Part shown: piece by piece, positions 6,393 to 16,065 of the stretch
Layout of the letters: every line of letters starts with the position of its first letter
Numbering within the stretch: position 1 is the first letter of the stretch
Virus record (IMG/VR): IMGVR_UViG_3300020463_002275
Coordinates: 96,001-160,000 of that record
Strand: one strand, 5' to 3'
Length of the DNA stretch: 64,000 nucleotides
Source of the DNA: a virus
Position numbers and translations under genes: made by a program
Notes under the pieces: generated by a model
Databases searched by the model: none
What the model saw: only the letters and a program-made list of their open reading frames with translations
What the model was told of the DNA's origin: nothing

Positions 6393-8813
6393 ATGGCAGG
6401 ACCTGTAAAAGGAACGATAGGGCAAGACGAAGTAACCCTAAATGACGCGGCTACAGAAACTACGCTTCTAAAAATACTTGCGGCTATGAAAAAAAGTGGC
6501 GGAAGTGGTGGCGGAGGCGGTGGAGGTGCCGGCGGAGCCAAGAGTTCTGAAGAAAATCTTATGGATATGGCCAAAGCAACTGGCAAAACTACCAAAGAAT
6601 TAGAAGAATTTGAAGAACAAGTAGAAGAAACTAGCAGTATGTTAGCCAGAGGATTCGGGCAAATAAGTGGCATGCTACAAGGATTAGCCCATGAATTTAT
6701 GGGCGGTGCTACATCTATATCAGACTTTTCATCTCACATTACAGGCGCAATATCAGCAATACCAATAGTAGGTCCAGTTCTAGGAGGAGTTTTACAATTA
6801 TTAATCGGAGTTGTTGATAGCAATATTGCAACTTTCAGAGAAATGTCACAAGTAGGTGCTGATTTTGGTAACAGTATATTTGGTGCAAAACTGGCGGCTA
6901 CTCAAGCAGGATTAAGTTTAGAAACTTTTCAAAACGTAGTTACAAGTAATTCTGAATCACTGGCTTTATTTGCAGGAGGCGCAAGTGAAGGTGCGAAACG
7001 CTTTGCACAAATTAGCGGAAATATTCAAAAGACTTTTGGACCCCAGTTTAGTAAACTAGGTATGACAATGGAAGAAACTGCTGAATATACAGCAGATTAT
7101 TTAGAACTACAAACAAGATTAGGTCGTTCGCAGAGAATGACTGATTCACAACTAAGTGCAGGTGTGGCAAACACAGTTTTAGAAATTGATAAACTTGCTA
7201 GAGTTACAGGTAAACGTCGAGATCAAATCATGGAAGAGATGAAAGATAACATGGCAGACAAACGTCTGAAACTTATCTTTAACACCATGGAAGAAGGAGC
7301 ACAAAGAAATCTAAATGGTGTTCTTACAATGATGAATTCTGCAAGTCCTGATTTGAAAGATGCTATAACTGAAATGGTTGCAACGGGCGGTGTTCCATTA
7401 AATGAAATGGGACAAGATTTAATACGTTTAAATCCAAACTTAGCAAAAATGTCAGCAGGATTAAAAGATGGTTCTGTGAGCCAAGAAGACTTTATGGCTG
7501 AAATTAGAAAAACTGCTGAAATGGCAGACAACCTAAGTGATGCACAGAAACAACAGTATTCAACACTTGCGGCAATGGGTAGTAGCGTTGGTAGTGCTAT
7601 AATTGAAATTATAGGAATGAAAAATGCTGGTAAGAATTTAACCAAAGCACAACAAGATCAACTAGCCGCATTTAAATCGAGAGAAAAAGCAACAGCAGAC
7701 TTTGAACGTGTATTACAACAAACAAAAAACAAAATTATGGACGCACTTATTAATAGTGGTGTGTTTGATACTATAGCAACAATGATGGGAGATTTTACAG
7801 CATGGTTAGGAAGTCCAGACGGTATCAAGAGAATAGAAGAATTTACAACTACATTATCTACAAAATTTAAAGAACTATTAGATGCATTTAAATCAGGAAA
7901 CTTAATGCAGTATATTAAAGATATGTTAGCAACAGGACTGTCAGGCTTGGGCGGAATGATAGGCTCTATAATAGGTGGCATTTTTGGTGGTGGTGGAGAT
8001 GATGAAGAATCTGCAGATGGAGCAGGAGGCGAGAAGAAAAAATCAAGCGGTGGATTATTTAGTGGATTAGACGGAGCACTTAGTACCTTAGCAACAATGG
8101 TTGCGGCAGGCGGTGTAGTATATCTTGCAATAAAAGGATTCCAAACATTGTTAAGAGGGTTTGCTAGTCCAATGGTTATATTAGGTGCAGGTGTATTAGC
8201 AGGATTGTTAATTGGTACAGGTGCGGCAATTAGACTTGCAGGTGACGGAATTAGTGCGGCTGGAGACGGTGTTGAAAAAATGGCGGCTGGCGTAGAACGC
8301 ATGTCGGAAGTTAAAGACACAGCCAATTTAGCAAACGTTGCTGAATCACTAGGTCAATTAGGTAGTGCAATGCTAGGATTGGCCGCAGGCGGAGTATTAG
8401 ATAGTATTGCTAGTTTCTTTGGTGCTAGTTCTCCATTCGATAAAATGGTTGACGGTATCAATAAATTTGCTGGTATTGATGGTACAGCAGTTGAAAACTT
8501 AGTAGCATCATCAGGTGGATTACAAGGTTTGAAAGCATTCGCAGATGACTTAAATGCAAAAAATGTTGAAGATTTTGCAGAAGCACTAGACAAATTAGTA
8601 GATCAAATGAAAGATTTGAATGAAGAATTATCCAAAGATAACAACGGATTCTTCAAATCAGGCACAGGACCAAATGCAGGATCCTTTCTTGGAGGCGGAG
8701 ATGGTGGTGGAGGGCTAAGTAATGTTAGTATGCAAACCCTTGTCACTCTCATGCGTGAAAATAATAGATTAACTAAGGCTCTTCTTGAGAAGAACCCAGA
8801 GAGTGCATATTAA
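6393..8813 (+). CDS. Tape-measure / baseplate hub protein (gp29-like)
   Basis: 806 aa, long helical A/G/L-rich protein next to gp26/gp51-like chaperones. Confidence 0.6.
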   Translation: MAGPVKGTIGQDEVTLNDAATETTLLKILAAMKKSGGSGGGGGGGAGGAKSSEENLMDMAKATGKTTKELEEFEEQVEETSSMLARGFGQISGMLQGLAHEFMGGATSISDFSSHITGAISAIPIVGPVLGGVLQLLIGVVDSNIATFREMSQVGADFGNSIFGAKLAATQAGLSLETFQNVVTSNSESLALFAGGASEGAKRFAQISGNIQKTFGPQFSKLGMTMEETAEYTADYLELQTRLGRSQRMTDSQLSAGVANTVLEIDKLARVTGKRRDQIMEEMKDNMADKRLKLIFNTMEEGAQRNLNGVLTMMNSASPDLKDAITEMVATGGVPLNEMGQDLIRLNPNLAKMSAGLKDGSVSQEDFMAEIRKTAEMADNLSDAQKQQYSTLAAMGSSVGSAIIEIIGMKNAGKNLTKAQQDQLAAFKSREKATADFERVLQQTKNKIMDALINSGVFDTIATMMGDFTAWLGSPDGIKRIEEFTTTLSTKFKELLDAFKSGNLMQYIKDMLATGLSGLGGMIGSIIGGIFGGGGDDEESADGAGGEKKKSSGGLFSGLDGALSTLATMVAAGGVVYLAIKGFQTLLRGFASPMVILGAGVLAGLLIGTGAAIRLAGDGISAAGDGVEKMAAGVERMSEVKDTANLANVAESLGQLGSAMLGLAAGGVLDSIASFFGASSPFDKMVDGINKFAGIDGTAVENLVASSGGLQGLKAFADDLNAKNVEDFAEALDKLVDQMKDLNEELSKDNNGFFKSGTGPNAGSFLGGGDGGGGLSNVSMQTLVTLMRENNRLTKALLEKNPESAY

Positions 8814-8822
8814 GGATATAAA

Positions 8823-10568
8823 ATGAGTTGGAAAAAATATTTTACACCAGTACCAACAGGAGATAATCCGGGAGGAAACTATAGTCCTCTAGGTGGTGGT
8901 AGAGGGGGTAGTGGCAATGCAGGACCGGCACGTACAAACTATAGTTCTTATTTGCCAGATGTTTACGTAGGTGCTCCTAATAGAGTTGAGCGTTACGGAC
9001 AGTACAATACCATGGATTTAGACAGTGAGGTAAATGCCGCACTTGATATTTTAGCAGAATTTTGTTCACAAAAAAATGCACAAAATAAAACACCTTTTGT
9101 GTTAGACTTTAAGAAAAAAGCAACAACATCAGAAACTACAATTTTACAACAATACTTACAACAGTGGTGTAAACTACAAAAGTTTGATACACGTATGTTT
9201 AGAATACTACGTAATACATTTAAGTACGGAGATCAATTTTTTATAAGAGATCCAGAAACTAAGAAATTATTTCATGTTGATTCAGCAAACGTAGCAAGAA
9301 TTATTGTTAACGAATCAGAAGGTAAAAAACCACAACAATATGTAATCAAAGACTTTAATTTAAATTTTAAAGATATGGTTGCAACAACTCCTTTCCAAAC
9401 AAACGGAAACGTTACAGGCGGAGGAGACGGATACCTACAAGGCGGTGTTCGAGGAATGGTAGGTAATGCACCAAAGCAAAGCGGAAGTAGATTTCAAGAA
9501 GGAGAAACTGAAGTTGCTATTGATGCAGAGAATGTTGTACATCTAAGTTTGTCAGAAGGATTAGACAACAACTTTCCATTTGGTAACAGTTTGTTAGAAA
9601 CTATATTTAAAGTATACAAACAAAAAGAATTATTAGAAGATGCAATTATCATCTATCGTGTGCAACGAGCACCTGAAAGAAGAGTTTTCTACGTTGATGT
9701 GGGTAACATGCCATCGCACTTAGCGATGCAGTTTGTTGAACGTGTTAAGACGGAAATACATCAAAGACGTATCCCATCGTCAACAGGCGGAGGCACAAAT
9801 GTTATAGACTCGTCTTACAATCCGCTGTCAATTAACGAAGATTACTTTTTCCCACAAACAGCAGAAGGGCGTGGATCTAAAGTTGAAACATTACCAGGCG
9901 GTACTAACCTAGGCGAAATAGACGACTTACGTTACTTTACAAACAAACTTGTTAGAGGTTTACGTATTCCTAGTTCATATTTGCCTACCGGTGCAGACGA
10001 TTCAGCCGCACAATACAACGACGGAAGAGTTGGAACAGCATACATTCAAGAATTAAGATTTAACACTTACTGTGAAAGATTACAAGGGTTACTAACTGAA
10101 GATATAAATCAAGAATTCAAAAGATACTTACTTGAAAAGGGCGTAAACATTGATACAGCAATGTTTGATATTAGATTCCAACCACCACAAAACTTTGCGG
10201 CATATAGACAAAGTGAAATTGATAATGCACGTATTCCAACATTTACACAAATGAGTGCAATACCTTATATTTCAAATCGCTTTGCAATGAAACGCTACTT
10301 AGGTCTTAGTGAAGAAGAAGTTACTGAAAACGAAAGACTATGGCGTGAAGAGAACGATGAAAATATCACTCCACCACCAACAGACGCAGGTGGAGAACTT
10401 AGAGGCGCAGGAGTTAGCGGAGCAGGTATTGATGCAGACATGGGTGGTATGGAAGAAGAAGTACCAGGCGGCGAAGCACCAATCGATGGAGGTGCAACCG
10501 ATGCACCAGAAACTGCTACTGGTGGCGAAGGCGTTCCTCAAGAAGGCGCAACTGACGTAACGGTATAA
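8823..10568 (+). CDS. gp20: Portal protein (T4 gp20 family)
   Basis: EDAIIIYRVQRAPERRVFYVDVGNMP, EDYFFPQ..EGRGSKVETLPGG, YF..KL.RGLRIPSS motifs. Confidence 0.95.
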   Translation: MSWKKYFTPVPTGDNPGGNYSPLGGGRGGSGNAGPARTNYSSYLPDVYVGAPNRVERYGQYNTMDLDSEVNAALDILAEFCSQKNAQNKTPFVLDFKKKATTSETTILQQYLQQWCKLQKFDTRMFRILRNTFKYGDQFFIRDPETKKLFHVDSANVARIIVNESEGKKPQQYVIKDFNLNFKDMVATTPFQTNGNVTGGGDGYLQGGVRGMVGNAPKQSGSRFQEGETEVAIDAENVVHLSLSEGLDNNFPFGNSLLETIFKVYKQKELLEDAIIIYRVQRAPERRVFYVDVGNMPSHLAMQFVERVKTEIHQRRIPSSTGGGTNVIDSSYNPLSINEDYFFPQTAEGRGSKVETLPGGTNLGEIDDLRYFTNKLVRGLRIPSSYLPTGADDSAAQYNDGRVGTAYIQELRFNTYCERLQGLLTEDINQEFKRYLLEKGVNIDTAMFDIRFQPPQNFAAYRQSEIDNARIPTFTQMSAIPYISNRFAMKRYLGLSEEEVTENERLWREENDENITPPPTDAGGELRGAGVSGAGIDADMGGMEEEVPGGEAPIDGGATDAPETATGGEGVPQEGATDVTV

Positions 10569-10571
10569 ATA
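10564..10571 (+). promoter_or_regulatory. Late promoter TATAAATA, 5 nt before the ATG (leaderless)
   Basis: Exact consensus. Further NATAAATA copies at 11471, 18347, 21103, 22099, 26952, 33007, 37966, 43398, 45710, 50178 and 50606, all just upstream of structural genes. Confidence 0.8.
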
Positions 10572-10576
10572 ACAGT

Positions 10577-10825
10577 ATGATACTACGTGAAATATTTTAT
10601 TTTGATAAAGAAACAATTGAGCCTGTAGAAGATAAAGGTTATTCACCTAAAGATGACCAATCTCCTGTAGACTTTGATTCATCACGTAAGACAAGACTCA
10701 CACTTCGCCAAATTAATCGTGCAAGATTGGCCGCAGAAGTACATAAAGAAGAGCAAGTCAAAGACTTGCATTTTGTAAGACAAATGTATGGCATCGCGGC
10801 AAACGCAGAGGCCGGCGGAGTATGA
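10577..10825 (+). CDS. Small head-module hypothetical protein (possible prohead core)
   Basis: 82-aa ORF between portal and scaffold genes; RKTRLTLRQIN motif. Confidence 0.6.
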   Translation: MILREIFYFDKETIEPVEDKGYSPKDDQSPVDFDSSRKTRLTLRQINRARLAAEVHKEEQVKDLHFVRQMYGIAANAEAGGV

Positions 10826-10828
10826 TAA

Positions 10829-11431
10829 TTGAGCATAGCCTTTGTAATTGGTAACGGCATAAGTCGTAGACACATACCTTTAGAACCTCTTAGAAAATTT
10901 GGAACCATATATGCCTGTAATGCAGTGTATAGAGATTTCAAACCAGACTACTTGATTGCTGTTGATACTAAAATGGTAAATGAAATAGTTCAATACAGAT
11001 ATCAGCATGAAGGGCAAGTTTGGACAAATTATAATAAATCTTACGAAAAATATAAAGGATTAAATTACTTTGAACCAAGTAAAGGTTGGAGTAGCGGTCC
11101 TACAGCATTAGATTTTGCAAGCGAACAAGGGCATGAAACTATATATATTTTAGGATTTGACTATCAAGGAATAGGCCCAGAACATAAGCGTGTTAATAAT
11201 TTGTATAGCGGTACACCTAATTACAAGCGTGAGCATGACACATCAACATATTATGGCAATTGGTTACGTCAAACTACTACTGTATTACAGAAAAATTCAA
11301 AAAAGAGATATATAAGAGTGTTAGCAACGGAAAAGGCTTATATACCAGAGCCTTTGTTAAATTTTGCGAATTTATCGCATATTACAGTGGAAGATTTGTC
11401 AAAATCTTTCAACTTTTCGCTTAATCCGTAA
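10829..11431 (+). CDS. MptE/DUF115 (Maf/CstII-like) glycosyltransferase-fold protein
   Basis: AFVIGNGxSR, CNA, IAVD, SSG and ILGFD motifs; TTG start with GGAG SD. Confidence 0.6.
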   Translation: MSIAFVIGNGISRRHIPLEPLRKFGTIYACNAVYRDFKPDYLIAVDTKMVNEIVQYRYQHEGQVWTNYNKSYEKYKGLNYFEPSKGWSSGPTALDFASEQGHETIYILGFDYQGIGPEHKRVNNLYSGTPNYKREHDTSTYYGNWLRQTTTVLQKNSKKRYIRVLATEKAYIPEPLLNFANLSHITVEDLSKSFNFSLNP

Positions 11432-11534
11432 AAATGGCTCGTTTTGGGCCTATATCTACGCACTTTTCTTAATAAATAGTAAATATTAATGACAGCCTTG
11501 CCGTAAGGTAAATTTTATTTAACAGGAGACGAAA

Positions 11535-12569
11535 ATGGCAGATCTAAACAAGTTCGAGGAAATGCTCGAAAAACTAGTCAATGAAGATCGTGCTGGAGCA
11601 GAAGAATTGTTCCACGAGATTGTAGTTGAAAAATCAAGAGAAATTTATGAAAACCTTTTAGAAAATGATCTAGAAGAAGATGACAAAGAAGTTGATGAGT
11701 CTAGCAAAGACGAAGAAACTAAAGAGTCAGAAGACGAAAAAGTCGATGAAAAGGCAGACGAAGAAGTTGACGAAGCATCTGATGATAAAGAAGTAGATGA
11801 AGCAACCGACGAAGATGTCAAAGAAGATTCAAAAGATGAAGAAGCAAAAGAAGGCTTTGACATGAATGAATTTGAAGTTGAGCCTATGCCAGAAGCAGAT
11901 CCATCAGATGATATGATGGGTGACTTAGAAATGGGTGACGGCGATGAAGAAGGTGACGATGCTCCAGAAGGAGACGAAGACCTAGAAGATCGTATGGTAG
12001 ACTTAGAAAAAGAATTAGACGACTTACGTCAACAGTTCAATGACGAAATGGGCGGCGGCGACGACGAAGGAGACGACGAAGGCGATGCAGGCGACATGGG
12101 AGACATGGGTGCTGATGACGAAGCAGATGACGATTCAGAAGAAGAGTCATTTGATCTTGGCGTAGAAGAAGCGTCAGACGAAGAAGTAGACGAAGCATCG
12201 AAAGATGAAGAAGTTGCAGAAAAGTCTGAAGCAGAACAAATGCGTGAGTATGTTGAAAAAGTAAGTGGTGGTGGATTAGATGCACAAAAAATTGGCGGCG
12301 ATAACGGCGCAAATGCAAAAAGTCCAGTAGCAAGTGCTAACAACATGGGCGGAACATCTAGTAACTTAGTTGCTGGCGGTGAAGCAGACTCAAAAGGTAC
12401 AACAGGTGGACTAGAAGGTAACTCTGCTAAAGAGGACAATATGGGAAACATTAATGTACCAGGTGGTAAAGCATCGAAAAGCATGAAATCACAGCCAAAA
12501 GGCCACGGCGCTGAAAAGAAAAGTGCAGGCGAAACTGCTGACAATAAAAAATCTACTATTGGCAGTTAA
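11535..12569 (+). CDS. Highly acidic prohead core/scaffold protein
   Basis: 344 aa, E/D-rich with repeated (V/L)xE protease-type sites, directly upstream of the prohead protease. Confidence 0.65.
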   Translation: MADLNKFEEMLEKLVNEDRAGAEELFHEIVVEKSREIYENLLENDLEEDDKEVDESSKDEETKESEDEKVDEKADEEVDEASDDKEVDEATDEDVKEDSKDEEAKEGFDMNEFEVEPMPEADPSDDMMGDLEMGDGDEEGDDAPEGDEDLEDRMVDLEKELDDLRQQFNDEMGGGDDEGDDEGDAGDMGDMGADDEADDDSEEESFDLGVEEASDEEVDEASKDEEVAEKSEAEQMREYVEKVSGGGLDAQKIGGDNGANAKSPVASANNMGGTSSNLVAGGEADSKGTTGGLEGNSAKEDNMGNINVPGGKASKSMKSQPKGHGAEKKSAGETADNKKSTIGS

Positions 12570-12585
12570 TTAGGAGTAGAAGGAC

Positions 12586-13212
12586 ATGAATCTACTAAGC
12601 GAGAATTTGACATTCGACCAGGCGAAAATGGTTGTTGAGTCAACTGAAAACTCAAATGGAGGCAAAGATCTTTTTCTAAAAGGAATTTGTATCCAAGGCG
12701 GAGTACGCAATGCAAACGAGCGTGTGTATCCTGTTAATGAGATTGGAAGGGCTGTCAAAACTCTCAATGATCAAATTGAGACTGGTTACTCAGTTCTTGG
12801 CGAAGTTGATCATCCTGAAGGCCTAAACATTAACCTTGATCGTGTTTCACATATGATGACTAATATGTGGATGGAAGACCAAAACGGTTATGGCAAAATG
12901 AAAATTTTACCGACCCCGATGGGACAACTAGTTAAAACAATGCTTGAAAGCGGAGTTAAACTGGGAGTTTCATCGCGTGGTTCGGGTGAAGTTAACGAGT
13001 CCGGCGATGTATCGGGCTTTGAAATTATCACCGTGGACGTTGTGGCTCAGCCTAGCGCCCCTGGTGCATATCCTACACCAATTTATGAACATTTGATGAA
13101 TGCACGTGGGGGATACAAGGCATACGAATTAGCACAGGCAACAAAACACGACGACAAGGCACAAAAGTATCTTAAGGAATCGTTGATTAATTTAATCAAC
13201 AAACTCCAGTGA
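12586..13212 (+). CDS. gp21: Prohead core protease (T4 gp21)
   Basis: NxNERVYP, GEVDHP, GVSSRGSG and DVVAQPSAP motifs. Confidence 0.95.
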   Translation: MNLLSENLTFDQAKMVVESTENSNGGKDLFLKGICIQGGVRNANERVYPVNEIGRAVKTLNDQIETGYSVLGEVDHPEGLNINLDRVSHMMTNMWMEDQNGYGKMKILPTPMGQLVKTMLESGVKLGVSSRGSGEVNESGDVSGFEIITVDVVAQPSAPGAYPTPIYEHLMNARGGYKAYELAQATKHDDKAQKYLKESLINLINKLQ

Positions 13213-13228
13213 AACTAGGAGAAAAAGT

Positions 13229-14317
13229 ATGATAGATGCACTGAAAACACTCTTTGAAAACGATGTTGTTTCTCAAGAAGTCAGAGCACAAATAGAAGAG
13301 GCTTGGGAAAGCAAGATTCGCGAAAACAAACAGGCGGTAACGTCTGAGTTACGTGAAGAATTCGCACAAAAATACGAGCATGATAAGCAAACAATGGTTG
13401 AAGCCATTGATAAAATGCTAGATGACCGTCTTTCAAGTGAAATTGCTGAGTTTGCAGACGACCGCAAACAACTAGCAGAAGCCAAAGCAAAGTATGCTGT
13501 TAAGTTAAAGGAAAACGGAGACTTAATGAAAGCGTTTGTAATGGATCAGTTAGGAAAAGAAGTCACGGAATTACACGAAGACCAAAAGAAAATGGCAATT
13601 AATTTTGCTAAAATGGAGGAATTTGTTGTAGAGGCTCTATCTAAAGAAATTGCAGAGTTCCATGAGGATAAAAAAGACCTAGCCGAAACAAAAGTACGTT
13701 TAGTACGTGAGGCTAAGAAACACTTCAATAAAGTGAAGACTCAGTTTATTGAAAAGAGTGCAAAATTAGTATCTGAAACAGTAAGTAAGAACTTGAATAA
13801 AGAAATTACTGCACTTAAAGAAGATATTAACGTTGCAAGAGAAAACGACTTCGGTCGTAAGTTATTCGAATCTTTCGCAAGTGAGTATGCAAATAGTTAC
13901 TTGAACGAAAAGAGCGAAACTTCAAAACTTCTAAAAATTGTAGATCTAAAAGATAAGCAAGTTGAAGAAGCAAAAGCACAAGCGACTAAGGCTGTTGAAT
14001 TAGCAGAAGCGAAAGCAACTGAAATCAAGAGAATTAACGAAGCCGCTGAACGCAACAAAGTAATTAACGGTTTGATTGAGCCACTAAGCAAAGATCAACG
14101 TGAGATTATGACAGACTTACTGGAATCTGTTCAAACGTCTAAATTAGATAAGTCGTTTAACAAGTACCTACCAGCAGTTATTGACGGTAATGCTCCAGCA
14201 AAGAAGAAGGCAAAACTAGTAGAAGGCAAAGAAATCACAGGCAATAGAGAAACTAACGTTAGTAGTAAAGCAGACGAGAATGTCGTTGACATTAGACGTC
14301 TTGCTGGATTAAATTGA
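13229..14317 (+). CDS. gp22: Prohead scaffolding protein (gp22-like)
   Basis: 362-aa coiled coil between protease and major capsid genes. Confidence 0.8.
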   Translation: MIDALKTLFENDVVSQEVRAQIEEAWESKIRENKQAVTSELREEFAQKYEHDKQTMVEAIDKMLDDRLSSEIAEFADDRKQLAEAKAKYAVKLKENGDLMKAFVMDQLGKEVTELHEDQKKMAINFAKMEEFVVEALSKEIAEFHEDKKDLAETKVRLVREAKKHFNKVKTQFIEKSAKLVSETVSKNLNKEITALKEDINVARENDFGRKLFESFASEYANSYLNEKSETSKLLKIVDLKDKQVEEAKAQATKAVELAEAKATEIKRINEAAERNKVINGLIEPLSKDQREIMTDLLESVQTSKLDKSFNKYLPAVIDGNAPAKKKAKLVEGKEITGNRETNVSSKADENVVDIRRLAGLN

Positions 14318-14329
14318 TAGGAGATAATT

Positions 14330-15502
14330 ATGTCAGAACTACTCGAAAGCCGCTGGCAGGAGACTAAAACTGCGTTGCTAGAAGGCCTTAACGGTAATAA
14401 AAAATCCGTTATGGGTGCAACTTTGGAAAATACTAGAAAGTATTTGGCAGAGACTGCAACAGCAGGAACAACTTCAGCCGGTAATGTCGCAACTCTTAAC
14501 AGAGTTATTTTACCAGTAATCAGACGTGTAATGCCAACAGTTATAGCAAATGAACTTGTTGGAGTACAACCGATGACTGGTCCAGTGGGTCAAATCCACA
14601 CACTAAGAGTCCGTTATTCGGACACTTTTAACGCAGGTGCATCAGGTGCAACTGCAGGTGAAGAAGCACTTTCACCATTCAAGATTGCTGAAAGTTATTC
14701 AGGTGCAACTAGTGGTAAAGCAGATGCTACAGCCGCTAAAGAAGGTGTACCAGGAAACAAACTAAGCATCCAGATCCTAAAACAAACAGTTGAAGCGAAA
14801 ACTCGTAAATTGAGTGCTCGTTGGACTTTTGAAGCGGCTCAGGACGCACAGTCACAGCATGGTATTGATGTTGAAGCAGAAATTATGGCGGCACTAGCCC
14901 AAGAAATTACTGCTGAGATTGATCAAGAAGTTCTTGCTTCACTTAGAACACTTAGTGGTACAGCCGTTGAAACATACGACCAAGCCGCAGTAAGTGGTAC
15001 AGCAACTTTTGTTGGTGATGAGCATGCCGCATTGGCAGTTCAAATCAACAGAGCGGCTAACTTAATCGCACAGCGTACAAGACGTGGTGCTGGTAACTAT
15101 GCAGTGGTAAGTCCATTTGCGTTAACAGTACTTCAGTCTGCAACAACTTCAGCGTTCGCAAGAACAACTGAAGGTTCGTTCGAAGCACCAACAAATACTA
15201 AATTTGTAGGTACATTGAACAACGCTATGAAAGTATATGTTGATACATATGCAGGCGATGGTACAGCAGTACTAGTAGGTTACAAAGGTTCATCTGAATC
15301 AGATGCACCAGCGTTCTACTGCCCATACATTCCGCTAATGTCAAGTGGTGTTGTAATGGACCCAGGAACATTCGAACCAGTTGTGAGTTTCATGACTAGA
15401 TACGGATATGTTGAGTTATCAAACACAGCATCGTCACTTGGTAATGCAGGTGACTACCTAGCGAATGTAGCGATTACAAACGCTAACGTATCATTTAGTT
15501 AA
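14330..15502 (+). CDS. gp23: Major capsid protein (gp23 family)
   Basis: VGVQPMTGPVGQIHTLR, AKTRKLSARWTFEAAQD, EITAEIDQE, FYCPYIPL and MTRYG motifs. Confidence 0.96.
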   Translation: MSELLESRWQETKTALLEGLNGNKKSVMGATLENTRKYLAETATAGTTSAGNVATLNRVILPVIRRVMPTVIANELVGVQPMTGPVGQIHTLRVRYSDTFNAGASGATAGEEALSPFKIAESYSGATSGKADATAAKEGVPGNKLSIQILKQTVEAKTRKLSARWTFEAAQDAQSQHGIDVEAEIMAALAQEITAEIDQEVLASLRTLSGTAVETYDQAAVSGTATFVGDEHAALAVQINRAANLIAQRTRRGAGNYAVVSPFALTVLQSATTSAFARTTEGSFEAPTNTKFVGTLNNAMKVYVDTYAGDGTAVLVGYKGSSESDAPAFYCPYIPLMSSGVVMDPGTFEPVVSFMTRYGYVELSNTASSLGNAGDYLANVAITNANVSFS

Positions 15503-15526
15503 TAGGTACAAGGTACAAAATTGTAG

Positions 15527-15554
15527 AAATAGGCCCTTCGGGGCCTATTTTTTT
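15527..15554 (+). terminator. Rho-independent terminator after the major capsid gene
   Basis: AAATAGGCCC-TTCG-GGGCCTATTT followed by TTTT. Confidence 0.92.
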
Positions 15555-15555
15555 G

Positions 15556-15563
15556 ACTAAATA
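15556..15563 (+). promoter_or_regulatory. Late-type promoter ACTAAATA immediately upstream of the riboswitch
   Basis: TAAATA core; the predicted start (~15568) coincides with the 5' end of P1. Confidence 0.55.
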
Positions 15564-15567
15564 TTTG

Positions 15568-15614
15568 TACGTTCATCCTACGGGACGGAAGTAGCACTAA
15601 GCGAAGGAACGCAC
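15568..15614 (+). promoter_or_regulatory. Glutamine riboswitch (glnA RNA motif, class I)
   Basis: CGTTC-A-[TCC TACG GGA]-CGGAAGTA-[GC ACTAA GC]-GAAG-GAACG-C matches the glnA aptamer (P1 CGUU../..AACGC, CGGAAGUA and GAAG E-loop strands) with minimal P2/P3. Confidence 0.85.
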
Positions 15615-15637
15615 TTAACTGTAAAAGGGAGAGTGTT

Positions 15638-15790
15638 ATGAATCACAGAGACTTCGAAGCGGCTCGCAAAAAGATCCAAACGAAATTAGCACACAAAGCA
15701 ATACATCGGAAACAGATGGAAAGACCACTGTCAAGACCGCGTTGTGAGAAAAATATACTAAGTTCAGACCCAAGATTGCAAAAAATTTAA
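15638..15790 (+). CDS. 50-aa basic protein downstream of the glutamine riboswitch (not in ORF track)
   Basis: MNHRDFEAARKKIQTKLAHKAIHRKQMERPLSRPRCEKNILSSDPRLQKI*; SD GGGAG about 6 nt upstream. Confidence 0.75.
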   Translation: MNHRDFEAARKKIQTKLAHKAIHRKQMERPLSRPRCEKNILSSDPRLQKI

Positions 15791-15809
15791 TATTTTGGTA
15801 AAAAAAAGG

Positions 15810-15838
15810 TTGACTTTATATATAAAGTCTGTTATATT
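15810..15838 (+). promoter_or_regulatory. sigma70 promoter (TTGACT-N17-TATATT, extended -10 TG) containing an 18-bp palindrome
   Basis: -35 at 15810-15, -10 at 15833-38; GACTTTATATATAAAGTC at 15812-29. Confidence 0.8.
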
Positions 15839-15844
15839 ATATAC

Positions 15845-16061
15845 ATAAGCAACAAAAAAGTAATTAATTTTTGTTTATAGTGCCAGGAAGAGGCTCCTAC
15901 CAAAAGAGTCGAACTGGACTGTCCAGGGGTGGTACCCAGGCTTGGTAGTAGAAATACGCTGAGTCACATCGCACTAACCCGCGGGGATAGGTTGTACGGT
16001 TTAGAAATGGTATTTCGGTCCGTGCTTGTAGGTGTACCCAAGTCCTACCTATTTTGCTTAT
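15845..16061 (+). ncRNA. Unknown ~217-nt structured ncRNA with pseudoknot
   Basis: Bracketed by promoter and terminator; closing stem ATAAGCAA/TTGCTTAT, TAGTGC/GCACTA, CCAG/CTGG, loop CTACCAA complementary to TTGGTAG, ATAGGT/ACCTAT, GTACGG/CCGTGC; no convincing ORF. Confidence 0.7.
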
Positions 16062-16065
16062 AATT

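Noticed and set aside
11436-11530. Hairpins upstream of the scaffold gene (GGCTC/GGGCC; CCTT/AAGG)
   Set aside because: They are too short and lack a U-tract, so chance cannot be excluded.
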